A stretch of DNA of 64,000 nucleotides from Clostridia bacterium (GCA_017517465.1 JAFWYZ010000018.1:13704-77703); one strand, 5' to 3'. Positions 26,708 to 37,397 are shown, numbered from the stretch's first letter. A program made the numbers and translations. Notes: generated by a model from the letters alone, not told the origin.

Positions 26708-28066
26708 TTATTTCACCTTTTTCCACCGGCCGGAAATGAAATACACCATGCCGATCACAAAGGGCATCCAGCCTGCCAGCGCATCGCCGTACCAGAAGCC
26801 CTGACAGCCCATGCCAAGGCCAAAGCCCAGCAGCGCCGCAATGCCCACACGGCTGCACATGCCGTCAATGATGGCAATAGCAAAGTTCAGCCGGGTGTTG
26901 CCGCTGCCGTTGATGAGGGAAAAGGCCACGGCCCGGGTAGCCGCACCGAAGAAATTGATGATGGTGGGGGCAATGATCACTGCCGATACCGCCAGCACCG
27001 ATGCATCGGTGGTAAACATGGCGAAGATGGTTTTGGAGAAGAACAGCACCGCCACCGTGCAGATGCCGCTGACGATCATCCCGCACACCAGCACCGTACG
27101 CATGATTTTCGGCACTCGTTCGTATTTCTGGGCCCCCAGGTTCTGCCCCACCATGCTGGCACCGGCGGTGGTAAAGGAATTGGACACGATACCGATCATC
27201 ATGCCCACCTTATTGTAAATGCCGCTGAGGGCAGAATAGGTAACGCCGGAGAGGTTGATCCAGCTGGTGAGGACGATCTTGGAAATATTGATGGATGCAG
27301 ACTGGATGGCCATGGGCACCCCCAGGGATACCAGGGGCTTGAGCGCTTCCCGGTCAATCCGGAAGCTCTGGAGCTTGAAATCAAAGCCAAAGCTTTCCCG
27401 GCTGCGGTACAGGTATACCAGCGCCACAATGAAGCTGAAGGCCTGGCTGATGACGGTGGCCAGCGCGGCGCCGAACACCTCCATCTCCATGCCGTAAACA
27501 AACACCAGGTCCAGAATAATATTCATCACAGCGGCAATGGCCACAAACACAAAGGGCCGCTTGCTGTCCCCCATGCCGCGGAGGATGGCGCTGATGATGT
27601 TATAGCCGTAAATAAACACCAAGCCCACAATACAGGTGACCGTATAATCCATGGTGTACTGATAGGACTCCGCAGGTGTATTGAGCATGTCCAGCATCCA
27701 CAAGCGCAGGAAATAGCAGCCCACACTCATGATCAACGCAATGCCCAGCAGGAAGGTGAACATGGTGCCGATGGTTTTCTTCACCTTTTCCATCCGTCCG
27801 GCGCCCACGTCCCTGGCGATCAGCACTTGTCCGGCGGAGGAAAAGCCCATGGCCAGGAAGGTAAGCAGATGCAGCACATCACCGCCAATGGAAACGGCGC
27901 TCATGCCGGCGCCGCCCATCTTCTGCCCCACCACCACCATGTCCACAATGTTGTAGATGGCCTGCAGGGCATTGGAAATAAACAGCGGGAAGGCAAAGCT
28001 GAGCAGCAGCTTCGCCACACTGCCTTCTGTCAGGTCCCGCACCATGGATTTCTTTTGCTGTTGCAT
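26708..28066 (-). CDS. MATE family efflux transporter
   Basis: Track ORF 26708..28075. RBS spacing favours the ATG at 28066. It contains LLSFAFPLFISNALQAIYNIVDMVVVGQ and has 12 TM-like segments. Confidence 0.9.
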   Translation of the reverse strand: MQQQKKSMVRDLTEGSVAKLLLSFAFPLFISNALQAIYNIVDMVVVGQKMGGAGMSAVSIGGDVLHLLTFLAMGFSSAGQVLIARDVGAGRMEKVKKTIGTMFTFLLGIALIMSVGCYFLRLWMLDMLNTPAESYQYTMDYTVTCIVGLVFIYGYNIISAILRGMGDSKRPFVFVAIAAVMNIILDLVFVYGMEMEVFGAALATVISQAFSFIVALVYLYRSRESFGFDFKLQSFRIDREALKPLVSLGVPMAIQSASINISKIVLTSWINLSGVTYSALSGIYNKVGMMIGIVSNSFTTAGASMVGQNLGAQKYERVPKIMRTVLVCGMIVSGICTVAVLFFSKTIFAMFTTDASVLAVSAVIIAPTIINFFGAATRAVAFSLINGSGNTRLNFAIAIIDGMCSRVGIAALLGFGLGMGCQGFWYGDALAGWMPFVIGMVYFISGRWKKVK

Positions 28067-28177
28067 GTAAAACATCCTCTTTCTGAAATAACACAGTTTT
28101 CATTGTAACAAAGAAACAGTCCCGGTGCAAGAAAATTCCTGCCCATTTTTGCGCAAAAAAGAGCCTGTTTTCTACAG

Positions 28178-28202
28178 CAAAAGGGAGGGGCAAGCCCCTC
28201 CC
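28178..28202 (-). terminator. Intrinsic terminator downstream of kduD
   Basis: On the minus strand: gggagggg-cttg-cccctccc followed by tttt. Confidence 0.55.
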
Positions 28203-28235
28203 GCGCAATTTTTCTTTCTGAATCCTTGATTTTCT

Positions 28236-29039
28236 TCAGGGCTGGCGGCCGATATAAGCGAGGATACCGCCGTCCACATACAGCACCTGGCCGTTGACGA
28301 AGTCGCTGGCATCGGAAGCCAGGAACAGCGCCGGGCCCATCAGGTCTTCCGGGGTGCCCCAGCGTTCGGCAGGGGTCTTGGCACAGATAAACTGGTCAAA
28401 GGGATGACGGCTGCCATCGGGCTGACGTTCCCGCAGGGGGGCCGTCTGGGGCGTTTCGATATAGCCCGGGCCCAGGCCGTTGCACTGGATGTTGTACTGG
28501 CCGTATTCGGAGCAGATGTTGCGGGTGAGCATCTTCAGGCCACCCTTGGCAGCAGCATAAGCAGACACGGTTTCCCGGCCCAGCTCGCTCATCATGGAGC
28601 AGATGTTGATGATCTTGCCATGGCCCTTTTCCATCATGCCGGGAATGACGGCCTTGGCAACGATATAGGGGGCCACCAGGTCCACGTCGATGACCTTGCG
28701 GAAATCCCGGCTTTCCATTTCGATCATGGGGATGCGGCGGATAATGCCGGCATTGTTCACCAGAATATCCACAACGCCCACTTCCGCGGCGATCTTTTTC
28801 ACCATGTCCTGCACAGCATCTTCATCCGTCACGTCGCACACATAGCCGTATGCCTTGATGCCTTCGGCTTCATAGGCGCTCAGGCCCTTGTCCACCAGTT
28901 CCTGGTTGATGTCGTTGAACACCACCGTAGCGCCGGCCACGGCCAGGCCCTTGGCGATGGCAAAACCGATGCCGTAGCTGCCGCCGGTGACCAGGGCTAC
29001 CTTGCCCTGCAGGGAAAACTTGCTCATATCAAATGCCAT
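28236..29039 (-). CDS. kduD: SDR oxidoreductase, 2-dehydro-3-deoxy-D-gluconate 5-dehydrogenase / gluconate 5-dehydrogenase type
   Basis: 267 aa, with TGGSYGIGFAIA and YAAAKGGLKMLT. It lies immediately downstream of kduI. Confidence 0.8.
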   Translation of the reverse strand: MAFDMSKFSLQGKVALVTGGSYGIGFAIAKGLAVAGATVVFNDINQELVDKGLSAYEAEGIKAYGYVCDVTDEDAVQDMVKKIAAEVGVVDILVNNAGIIRRIPMIEMESRDFRKVIDVDLVAPYIVAKAVIPGMMEKGHGKIINICSMMSELGRETVSAYAAAKGGLKMLTRNICSEYGQYNIQCNGLGPGYIETPQTAPLRERQPDGSRHPFDQFICAKTPAERWGTPEDLMGPALFLASDASDFVNGQVLYVDGGILAYIGRQP

Positions 29040-29050
29040 ATTCGTTTACC

Positions 29051-29893
29051 TCACTTCATGTCGGTGGGCTGGAAGGAGTCCATATCGTCAAAGGCCTGGT
29101 TTTCGCCGCACATGGCCCAGATGAAGGTATAGTTGCTGGTGCCGCAGCCGCTGTGGATGGACCAGGAGGGAGAAATGACCGCGTCAAAATTGTTCATCAC
29201 GATGTGGCGGGTTTCCTGGGGCTGACCCATGAAATGCATGACCACCTGGTTTTCGGGAATTTCGAAATAGGTGTATACTTCCATGCGGCGTTCATGGGTG
29301 TGGCTGGGCATGGTGTTCCACACGCTGCCGGGGGCCAGCTGGGTAAGACCCATCAGCAGCTGGCAGGTTTCCAGCACGGCAGGATGGATGAACTGATTGA
29401 TGACACGCTTGTTGGACAGCTTGTCTTCACCAAGGGGCCGCTTCTGGGCTTCGGCAAAGGAAATGAAGGTGGTCTTGCAGGCCCGGTGAGCGGGAGAAGA
29501 GCACAGGTAGAACTTGGCAGGGTTTTCCTTGTCCTTGCTGCCGAACTTCACTTCCTTGGTGCCCATGGTGATGTACAGGCAGTCTTCAAACGTCATGTCA
29601 AAGCGCTGGCCGTCGGCCTCGATATAGCCGTCGCCGCCCAGGTTAAAGACACCTGCTTCACGGCGTTCCAGAAAATACTGGGTGCCGAAATTGGCCCAGA
29701 TATCGATGCCCTTGTCCACAGACACCACTTCGTCCACAGGCATAATGCCCATCACCACCATGCGGTCCACATGGGAATAGGTGGCCTGAACGGTGTCTTT
29801 CTGGTAAAGATCAGTGATCAGGAATTCCTTGCGCAGCTCTTCTGTGGTGTAGCGGCGCACATCCTGAGGATTGGCAGAATAACGAATATCCAT
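29051..29893 (-). CDS. kduI: 5-dehydro-4-deoxy-D-glucuronate isomerase
   Basis: 280 aa. It is KduI-like throughout (MDIRYSANPQDVRRYTTEELRKEFLI...) and sits in a pectin-locus context. Confidence 0.9.
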   Translation of the reverse strand: MDIRYSANPQDVRRYTTEELRKEFLITDLYQKDTVQATYSHVDRMVVMGIMPVDEVVSVDKGIDIWANFGTQYFLERREAGVFNLGGDGYIEADGQRFDMTFEDCLYITMGTKEVKFGSKDKENPAKFYLCSSPAHRACKTTFISFAEAQKRPLGEDKLSNKRVINQFIHPAVLETCQLLMGLTQLAPGSVWNTMPSHTHERRMEVYTYFEIPENQVVMHFMGQPQETRHIVMNNFDAVISPSWSIHSGCGTSNYTFIWAMCGENQAFDDMDSFQPTDMK

Positions 29894-29907
29894 GATTGTT
29901 CCTCCAA

Positions 29908-30987
29908 TTACATAATAACTTTTTCGGTATCGCCGTCAAAAAGATACACATTTTCCACCGGAATGAAGAACCGGATTTCCTCATCCATTGCCGGTATCTC
30001 ATGGGGCGTTACTTTCAGAATGGATTTATCCTGAGCAATATCCACATACACATTGGCATTATCGCCCAGCATTTCCGTCAGCTCCACCATGCCCTGAAGG
30101 GCATAGGCATTCTCCTGCTCATGCAGGGTGATGGCCTCGGGACGGAAACCGAACACAATCTCTTTCCCTTCGTATTCCTTCACCTTTTCCCCCATCTTCA
30201 GGGAAAGATCCAGCTGGCTTTCGCCCACCTGAATGCAGCCGTTTTCCACCTTGCGGCGGATGAAATTCATGGGCGGCTCCCCGATGAACCCAGCCACAAA
30301 CATGTTCACGGGATTGAAATACACATCCCGGGGGGTACCGATCTGCTGCACATAGCCATCCTTCATCACCACGATCCGGTCCGCCATGGTCATGGCCTCG
30401 GTCTGGTCATGGGTCACATAGATGGTGGTGGCGCCGGTTTCCCGGTGGATCTGGGTGATCTCGGAGCGCATGGTAACACGCTGTTTGGCGTCCAGGTTGG
30501 ACAGCGGTTCGTCCATCAGAAACACGCCCACCTTGCGGATGATGGAGCGGCCCACCGCCACACGCTGGCGCTGACCGCCGGACAGGGCACGGGGCATGCG
30601 GTCCAGATAATCGGTGAGACCCAGGATCTTAGCCGTTTTCTGCACGCGCTCGTCAATCACGTCTTCGTCCACCCCCTGCAGGGACAGGCCGAAGGCCAGA
30701 TTGTCATACACCGTCATGTTGGGGTAAAGGGCATAGCTCTGGAACACCATGGCCACTTCCCTTTCCCGGGGCCCCCACTGATTGGCCACTTCCCCATTGA
30801 TGAGGAATTCACCCTTGCTGATGTCCTCCAGCCCGGCGATCATCCGCAGCGTGGTGGATTTGCCGCAGCCGGAAGGGCCAACGAACACGATAAACTCACC
30901 CTTTTCCGCTTCCAGGTTGAAATCGTGCACCGCATGGAAACCGTTGGGGTAGATTTTGTTGATGTCTTTGAGCGTCAGATATGCCAT
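29908..30987 (-). CDS. Carbohydrate ABC transporter ATP-binding protein (MalK/MsmX/UgpC type), copy 1
   Basis: Walker A GPSGCGKST, signature LSGGQRQRVA, Walker B FLMDEPLSNLD. RBS spacing favours the ATG at 30987 over 30993. Confidence 0.9.
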   Translation of the reverse strand: MAYLTLKDINKIYPNGFHAVHDFNLEAEKGEFIVFVGPSGCGKSTTLRMIAGLEDISKGEFLINGEVANQWGPREREVAMVFQSYALYPNMTVYDNLAFGLSLQGVDEDVIDERVQKTAKILGLTDYLDRMPRALSGGQRQRVAVGRSIIRKVGVFLMDEPLSNLDAKQRVTMRSEITQIHRETGATTIYVTHDQTEAMTMADRIVVMKDGYVQQIGTPRDVYFNPVNMFVAGFIGEPPMNFIRRKVENGCIQVGESQLDLSLKMGEKVKEYEGKEIVFGFRPEAITLHEQENAYALQGMVELTEMLGDNANVYVDIAQDKSILKVTPHEIPAMDEEIRFFIPVENVYLFDGDTEKVIM

Positions 30988-31105
30988 GTTCATACGCTCC
31001 CTTTCTTGAATTTAGAAACAGGCTTTTTTCCGGGGATGGACAAAACGCCTTTGATTTGATACAATAAATGAAAGCTTCATTCCGAATCATGCATGAGGTG
31101 ATCCG

Positions 31106-31900
31106 ATGAACGATATTATTTTTGCCGGCAAGCACTTTCTTACCTACAGCGTCAGCCGGCACAAGCATGACAGCTGGGAGTTGGTGTACTGCACAAGGGA
31201 CTGCGGCACCTTTGTTTTTGATGCCCTGCGCATTTCCTACGGTGTGGGGGATATTGTGGTCATTCCTCCGGGGATCCCCCACGAAAACGTGAGCGAAACC
31301 GGCTTTACCAACATCCACCTGAACATCAGCGATGCGTCTCTTCCCTTCCGGGAACCCGTTGTCATCCATGACGATGCCAACCATTCCATCCTGCACCTGT
31401 TTTCCGACAGCTATTATCATTACAACAGCGATCAGGAAAGGCGCACCCTGTTGCTTCCCGCTTATGGCAATCTGATCGCCAAATCCATTACGGCCAATCA
31501 GTCCGCCCATCCAAAGAACAAAGTGGCGGAAGAGATTGAGCGGAGCATTGTGCAAAACTATGCCAATGCCAATTACGAACTGGATGCTTTCCTGCATACC
31601 CTGCCCTACTGCTACGACCATCTGTGCAAGATTTTCCGCAAAGAGCTGGGCATGACCCCTCATAAGTACCTGACCAACCTGCGGCTGCAGGCAGCGGCGG
31701 AGCTTTTATGTTCCGCTCACAACAGCGGCAACATCACAGAGGTTTCCCTGCTGTGCGGCTTCAAAAACCCGCTGTACTTCTCCCGGCTGTTCAAAAAGAA
31801 ATACGATGTATCTCCCAAGGAATATTACCGGCGCAAGCTGGAAGCCAAACAGCTGCGGGACATGGATTCGGACAGCCAGAAGATCATTCTGGAGGATTGA
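31106..31900 (+). CDS. AraC family transcriptional regulator (cupin sensor plus HTH)
   Basis: 264 aa. The C-terminal HTH_18 region reads YCYDHLCKIFRKELGMTPHKYLTNLRLQAAAELL. Its 3' end overlaps the convergent GH105 gene by 17 nt. Confidence 0.85.
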   Translation: MNDIIFAGKHFLTYSVSRHKHDSWELVYCTRDCGTFVFDALRISYGVGDIVVIPPGIPHENVSETGFTNIHLNISDASLPFREPVVIHDDANHSILHLFSDSYYHYNSDQERRTLLLPAYGNLIAKSITANQSAHPKNKVAEEIERSIVQNYANANYELDAFLHTLPYCYDHLCKIFRKELGMTPHKYLTNLRLQAAAELLCSAHNSGNITEVSLLCGFKNPLYFSRLFKKKYDVSPKEYYRRKLEAKQLRDMDSDSQKIILED

Positions 31901-33020
31901 GCCGCATCACTTCCGTATAGCACATCACAAAGGGTGCTGCGCCCTTGGCATCGTTTTGCACCACCGGCTCGGAAATGTAATAGGCATAGGTGCCGTCCCG
32001 GCGCCGGTCCTTTTCCGGGCCCAGGCCTGCCACCAGGCAAATGCCATCCAGCACCAGGTTTTCCCCTTCAAAAGAAAGATAACGGTCCATTATGCCGTGG
32101 AAGGCTTTCAGCCCTTCTGCGGCATATTTTTGTTCCAGAATGCCAAGGCGAACCCCCTTGAGCATGGCATAGGCCATCATGCTGGAGCCGCTGGTTTCCA
32201 GGTAATTGCCATCCCGGCCCCCCTGATCCACCACCTGCCAGAACATACCCGTCTCTTCATCGGCATAGGGCAGCAGCCCGTCCATCATTTCCCGAAGCAG
32301 GGAGGATACATAGTCCTTTTCTTCCCCATCCGGAAAAATACCGGCCAGGTCCACCAGCGCCGTGGCAAACCAGCCCTGGGCCCGCAGCCAGAAGGACTTG
32401 GACAGCCCCGTTACGGGATCCGCCCAGAAGACGGTGCGGCTCTGGTCATAGCCGTGGTAATACAGCCGCTTTTCTTCGTCAAACATCTTTTCCCGCACAA
32501 TGCGCAGCTGTTTCACGATATCTGTGTAATCACCGCTTCCCATGTGCTTTTCATACAAAGCGGCAAACACCTGGGCCATATAAATGCCATCCAGCCATAC
32601 CTGGTTGGGGTAGATTTTTTTATGCCAGAAGCTGCCCTCTGCGGTTCTGGGCTGATCATCCAGCGCTTTTTTCATCACCTGAATGGCTCTGCGGTATTTT
32701 TGCTTGCCCGTCATCCGGTACAAGGGGAACAGTACCCGGCCTTCATTAATGTCATCCAGCGTCTGCTTTTCCGGCTGGAAGGTGCGGATGGCGCCATCCT
32801 CGGAAACAAAGCTGTCAATGAACCCTTCCACAAATGCCGAAAACCGTCCATCGCCGGTGATTTGTGCCATTTCCAGCAGCGCACCCAGCATGCACCCGTC
32901 AATATAGTTCCAGGTGGCAGGCAGGCCCTGCCGGGCACGCTCAATATTCCAGGCTGTTTTTTCCGGAGAGGATGTGCGGATCAGATGCAGCACGTAATCA
33001 TTGATTTTCTGATACATCAT
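31884..33020 (-). CDS. Unsaturated rhamnogalacturonyl hydrolase (GH105, YteR/YesR-like)
   Basis: 378 aa, with WNYIDGCMLGALLE, RLYYHGYD and FWLRAQGW. It has an ATGA overlap with the GH28 gene. Confidence 0.85.
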   Translation of the reverse strand: MMYQKINDYVLHLIRTSSPEKTAWNIERARQGLPATWNYIDGCMLGALLEMAQITGDGRFSAFVEGFIDSFVSEDGAIRTFQPEKQTLDDINEGRVLFPLYRMTGKQKYRRAIQVMKKALDDQPRTAEGSFWHKKIYPNQVWLDGIYMAQVFAALYEKHMGSGDYTDIVKQLRIVREKMFDEEKRLYYHGYDQSRTVFWADPVTGLSKSFWLRAQGWFATALVDLAGIFPDGEEKDYVSSLLREMMDGLLPYADEETGMFWQVVDQGGRDGNYLETSGSSMMAYAMLKGVRLGILEQKYAAEGLKAFHGIMDRYLSFEGENLVLDGICLVAGLGPEKDRRRDGTYAYYISEPVVQNDAKGAAPFVMCYTEVMRLNPPE

Positions 33021-34585
33021 TCCACCTCACGCAGGGCAAATGCCTCTACCTCGCCGCAGTTTTCCGCAACGAGGATATCCCCTTGCACCCCCTGAACCAC
33101 CACATCGTCCATGCTGACCTTTTTCACATTGTTCAGGTACAGCCCCAGCTTGCAGCGCTTGACAGCATCGTTTTGCATGGCAGGCGTAAAGGGCCGTGCA
33201 TCCTCTGCAAAAGCAATGCGCACCCGGGAGAAGGTCACCTGATCAATGGGCGCTTCAGGCAGGCCGTCAATATAGCAGGCCGCCGCTTCCGCACCGGTGC
33301 AGGTGATATCCCGGAAGGTGAAGGTGCCAAGATGCGGGGTTCTTTCATCCACGGGCAGGGGGGTGCGGCATTTCACATAATCGGAAAACCGGTCCGGGTC
33401 GCAGCAGTTATACCACATGTTCACCACAAAGGGGGTGATCACGTTTTCCATACGGATATTGTCAAACACAATGCCGGTGATATTGCAATCCTTGCCGCGG
33501 CCACGGCGGGTTTTGATCCGCAGGCCCCGGTCCGTCTGCTTGAAGAAGCAGCGGGTCACCGTCAGTTCCTTCACCCCGCAGGCCGTTTCACTGCCAAGGG
33601 TCACTGCGCCGTGGCCAAAGGCCATCAGGCAGTTGCGGATCACATGCCGGCTGGCAGGCTGGCACCGCTCCCGGCACAGTTCGATCTTGCCGGATTTGAT
33701 GGCAATACAGTCATCCCCCACGCTCAGCCGGCAGCCAATGATATTCACACCCTTGCAGGCTTCCGGGTCAATGGCATCGGTATTGGGGCTGTTCTTGGGT
33801 GCCTCCACTGCAATATCATAAAAAGAAACGTTTTCGCTGTAGAAGGGATGCATGTTCCAGGAGGCGCCGTTTTTGGCCGTGATGCCATGGACGGTCACAT
33901 CTTTACAGTTGCAAAAGAACATCAGCCGGGGCCGGGCGGTTTCGAAGTTTTTATACTCCGTCCAGAAATCGCTGCTTGGGGCATTGCCGTCCACCGTGCC
34001 TTCACCGCAGATCACAATATCCTCGCAATATTCGGCATGGATCAGGCTTTGATACATGGGCCGGGTCAGCCCTTCAAAGCAGCCCACCATGATGTTTTTG
34101 CCGCCGTTCATGTCCGGCACCAGGCCGGGCAGGATGGGATACTGCTGCCTGTCCGGGCAGCCGAGGATCACCGCACCCCTGGCCAGATCCAGGATCAGAT
34201 GGCTGCGCAGCGCCAGAGGCCGGCAAAGGTAGGTGCCCGCCGGGAAATGGATGCGCACCCCGGGAGGGGTGAAATGGATAGCCGCCTGTACGGCATCGGT
34301 ATCATCGTGGATACCGTCCCCCACCGCGCCAAAGCTGCGCACATCCACTGCGCCGTTTTCTTTTTCGGTACGAAAGGAAATTTCATGTTTTTCTTCGCCA
34401 TACACCACCGCAACCGTATATTCGGTATCCGGCTGTAGGCCAAACAGGGAAAACACATTGGTATCCGCTTCCAGCTTCTTTTCGCCGTTCAGATACACAG
34501 AATAAACCCCGGGCGCATAATAGGGGGTCAGATGATTCAGTTCAAAGCAGCAGCTCACTGCGCCTGTGTAAATCAGGTGGATCAT
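33017..34585 (-). CDS. GH28 (exo-)polygalacturonase with an N-terminal Fn3-like domain
   Basis: 522 aa. The four canonical GH28 motifs are present: NSPNTDAIDPE, GDDCIAIKSG, GHGAVTLGSE and RIKT. Confidence 0.9.
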   Translation of the reverse strand: MIHLIYTGAVSCCFELNHLTPYYAPGVYSVYLNGEKKLEADTNVFSLFGLQPDTEYTVAVVYGEEKHEISFRTEKENGAVDVRSFGAVGDGIHDDTDAVQAAIHFTPPGVRIHFPAGTYLCRPLALRSHLILDLARGAVILGCPDRQQYPILPGLVPDMNGGKNIMVGCFEGLTRPMYQSLIHAEYCEDIVICGEGTVDGNAPSSDFWTEYKNFETARPRLMFFCNCKDVTVHGITAKNGASWNMHPFYSENVSFYDIAVEAPKNSPNTDAIDPEACKGVNIIGCRLSVGDDCIAIKSGKIELCRERCQPASRHVIRNCLMAFGHGAVTLGSETACGVKELTVTRCFFKQTDRGLRIKTRRGRGKDCNITGIVFDNIRMENVITPFVVNMWYNCCDPDRFSDYVKCRTPLPVDERTPHLGTFTFRDITCTGAEAAACYIDGLPEAPIDQVTFSRVRIAFAEDARPFTPAMQNDAVKRCKLGLYLNNVKKVSMDDVVVQGVQGDILVAENCGEVEAFALREVE

Positions 34586-34597
34586 TTTCTGTCCCCC

Positions 34598-35209
34598 TTA
34601 TTTTTTCTTGGCATCTTCCACAATGCTGATGAAGGTGCGCTTCACCAGAATCAGCAGCATATCGACAGCCACAACAAAAACACCGAACAAAATGGGCTCC
34701 ACGCCCAGCACCTGCCGGGCACCGAAAACGGAAATCAGCGCCATATTGACCAGATTATAGCAAAGCACCACACCGGCCATCAGCAAAAACCCGTACAGCA
34801 GGTTCATGAAAAAGCCAATGGCACCGCGCCTGGTGACCATCATCCACCGCCGGCTGCCGCCTTCCATCTTTTCGGTAAAGCGGAGGAAATGGTTGATCAG
34901 CAGGTCCGTCACCATTCCCAGCGCCACCGCGCCGATGAACAGCATGTCCCACTGGTTTTGCACATAGGTGCCCAGCCCCATGAACACGAAAAAGCATACC
35001 GCGCCGTAAAACCAGAACTTGATCAGCAGAACTTTGGCCACTTCCGGCAGTTTCCATTTCGTCTTGCCGGAACGGTATTTATTCAGCTCCGCCTCGGAAT
35101 AATGGGGCACATTTTCCTTATCCGCGGAAACCAGGTCCTCCACCGCACCGGTATGCAGCTGATAATAGGAAGCCGTATCCCGGGGCTGTTGCTTGTTATC
35201 CTTGGCCAT
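34598..35209 (-). CDS. Uncharacterised 4-TM membrane protein (small membrane protein 4 of the ATPase-centred cluster)
   Basis: 203 aa, GAGGA RBS, hydrophilic N-terminus of about 55 aa followed by four hydrophobic segments. It is tightly packed with its neighbours. Confidence 0.7.
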   Translation of the reverse strand: MAKDNKQQPRDTASYYQLHTGAVEDLVSADKENVPHYSEAELNKYRSGKTKWKLPEVAKVLLIKFWFYGAVCFFVFMGLGTYVQNQWDMLFIGAVALGMVTDLLINHFLRFTEKMEGGSRRWMMVTRRGAIGFFMNLLYGFLLMAGVVLCYNLVNMALISVFGARQVLGVEPILFGVFVVAVDMLLILVKRTFISIVEDAKKK

Positions 35210-35211
35210 TC

Positions 35212-35778
35212 TCAGTCCTCAGACAGGATAATATCCTGCATATTGCCGTTTTCTTCCACGTCCAGGGAGGTGTTCATCTTTCTGAACAGCTTGCGCATCA
35301 CCGGCACCAGCAGCGTCAGCACCGCACCCAGGGCAATGATGATCCGGTGGGTGTTCAGCACGTCCTTGGCCTGGCCGATATAGGCAGTGCCCGCATCGAT
35401 GGTAATGGGGTTTTCCGGCCGGGTAAGGGCCCGGGTGATACCGCCCAGATAATGGGTATCGCAATAGACAATGATCCCCAGCATCACAAACATGATCACC
35501 AGCATGGGCACATTGGTCTTTTTCCGATGGGGGTAGGCGTTGATGAAGCACACAAAGGACAACAGAGAAAACAGCATGATGCAAAAGCCGCTCAGGCCCA
35601 TGCCGCTGCCCTGAATCTTGGCCGTGGTATCGGAAATATGGGTCAGATTCAAAGAGTAAAACAGGAATGCCGCCGCCAGCACCAGCATGGGGATCATCTG
35701 GGGCTTACGCTTGAGGGACACCTTCATCTTGCGGATGAATTCCTTCACACCGCCCGGTGTTTTTTTGCTTCTTGCCAT
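35212..35778 (-). CDS. Uncharacterised 4-TM membrane protein (small membrane protein 3)
   Basis: 188 aa, GAGGAGGG RBS, basic N-terminus MARSKKTPGGVKEFIRKMKVSLKRKP followed by four hydrophobic segments. Confidence 0.7.
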   Translation of the reverse strand: MARSKKTPGGVKEFIRKMKVSLKRKPQMIPMLVLAAAFLFYSLNLTHISDTTAKIQGSGMGLSGFCIMLFSLLSFVCFINAYPHRKKTNVPMLVIMFVMLGIIVYCDTHYLGGITRALTRPENPITIDAGTAYIGQAKDVLNTHRIIIALGAVLTLLVPVMRKLFRKMNTSLDVEENGNMQDIILSED

Positions 35779-35792
35779 GGATTACCCTCCTC

Positions 35793-36866
35793 TTATCTGA
35801 TGGCATTGGTGGTTTCCCGGTCGAAGAAATGCCGCTTTACAAACTGCACCTTCACCGTATCACCGGCCTTATAATCACACCAGCCCCGCAGCTTGCAGGT
35901 GATGGCAGCATCGGCGGCATGGGCATTATTCAGCCGGCCGTGCACCAGGGTGTTCATGCCCAGGTTTTCATTGGAATACACACAAACGGATATATCCCCG
36001 CCTTCGTCCACATCTTCGGGACGCACACCCAGGGTTACTTCCTTGCCTTCATAGCCCGCCAGCAGTTCCCGTTCCTTTTCCGTCAGCGCAACGGAGAAAT
36101 ACTGGTTCACTGCCTTGCCGTTTGCTATATTCACATTGAAGAAATTCATGGGCGGCAGGCCGATGAAGCTGGCCACAAACAGATTGGCAGGGGTATCATA
36201 CAACTCCAGCGGCGTGCCCACCTGCTGCACCCGGCCCATGGACATGCACACAATCCGGTCTGCCAGGGTGAGAGCCTCCGTCTGGTCATGGGTCACATAG
36301 AGCATGGTGGCATGCATGCGCTTGTGCAAAAGCAGAATTTCACGGCGGGTGGCACCGCGCAGCTTGGCATCCAGGTTGGACAGGGGTTCGTCAAAGAGGA
36401 ACACCTTGGGGTTGCGCACAATGGCACGGCCCATGGCCACGCGCTGGCGCTGACCGCCGGACAGCTGCTTGGGCTTTTTGTTCAATTGATCCGTCAGGCC
36501 CAGAATTTCTGCCGCAGCCAGCACTTTTTTATGGATCACATTGGGGTCTTCCTTACGCAGTGTCAGGGAAAATGCCATGTTTTCATACACCGTCATATGG
36601 CCGTACAAGGCGTAATTCTGGAACACCATGGCCATATCGCGATCCTTGGCCGGAGCGGTGGTGATATCCTTTCCATCCAGCAAAAGACGGCCGGCGGAGA
36701 TATCTTCCAGCCCGGCCACCATGCGCAGCGTGGTGCTCTTTCCGCAGCCGGAAGGCCCCACCAGCACAATAAATTCGCCGTCCTTCACTTCCAGATTGAA
36801 GTCAAACACAGCCTGTACTTTATTATCGTAAATCTTATCCAGATGCTGTAAGCTGATATTGGCCAT
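35793..36866 (-). CDS. Carbohydrate ABC transporter ATP-binding protein (MalK/MsmX type), copy 2
   Basis: 357 aa, with GPSGCGKST, LSGGQRQRVAMGRA and FLFDEPLSNLD. A C-terminal MalK-like regulatory domain is present. Confidence 0.9.
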   Translation of the reverse strand: MANISLQHLDKIYDNKVQAVFDFNLEVKDGEFIVLVGPSGCGKSTTLRMVAGLEDISAGRLLLDGKDITTAPAKDRDMAMVFQNYALYGHMTVYENMAFSLTLRKEDPNVIHKKVLAAAEILGLTDQLNKKPKQLSGGQRQRVAMGRAIVRNPKVFLFDEPLSNLDAKLRGATRREILLLHKRMHATMLYVTHDQTEALTLADRIVCMSMGRVQQVGTPLELYDTPANLFVASFIGLPPMNFFNVNIANGKAVNQYFSVALTEKERELLAGYEGKEVTLGVRPEDVDEGGDISVCVYSNENLGMNTLVHGRLNNAHAADAAITCKLRGWCDYKAGDTVKVQFVKRHFFDRETTNAIR

Positions 36867-36878
36867 AAGGCATCTCCT

Positions 36879-37397
36879 TTACTTGACAGCTGCCAGAGCA
36901 GCGTGATAGGCCAGCAGTTTCCGGCTGCGCACCAGGGCAATGCCCCCTGCTGCCAGGCAGCACAGCGCCGACAGCACCAGGCACACCACCGCAAAGATAA
37001 ACTGGCCGTCTTCCATCACCGGCACTTCCAGAACCTTCTTGAGCACCGGGTCACTGCGCTTGGTCAATGCGGTATGGGCCATCATAGGCAGAATGAAGAT
37101 CCGCACGATCTGGCCGATTCCCAAGGCGCCCAGCACCCAGCCGTAGCCCATCTTATAGTTCTTCACGCCTTCGGAGGACAGGAAGGACACCAGCATAAAT
37201 ACCAGGTTATACACGATGGAAATGCCGATCAGGGCACTGTAATACCAGTTGCCCACGTCGGATTCGTACACGCTGACAAAGTACAGCACGTCAAACAGAA
37301 TCGCCAGGTACACCAGCCGGGAGGAAAGGATATTTTTGGTGTAGCGCATCCGGTCCAGCCGGATCTGTTTGGGATCTTCCATGTTATTGAAGGTCAT
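36879..37397 (-). CDS. Uncharacterised 4-TM membrane protein (small membrane protein 2)
   Basis: 172 aa with four hydrophobic segments. Its start overlaps the stop of the upstream gene (ATGA). Confidence 0.7.
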   Translation of the reverse strand: MTFNNMEDPKQIRLDRMRYTKNILSSRLVYLAILFDVLYFVSVYESDVGNWYYSALIGISIVYNLVFMLVSFLSSEGVKNYKMGYGWVLGALGIGQIVRIFILPMMAHTALTKRSDPVLKKVLEVPVMEDGQFIFAVVCLVLSALCCLAAGGIALVRSRKLLAYHAALAAVK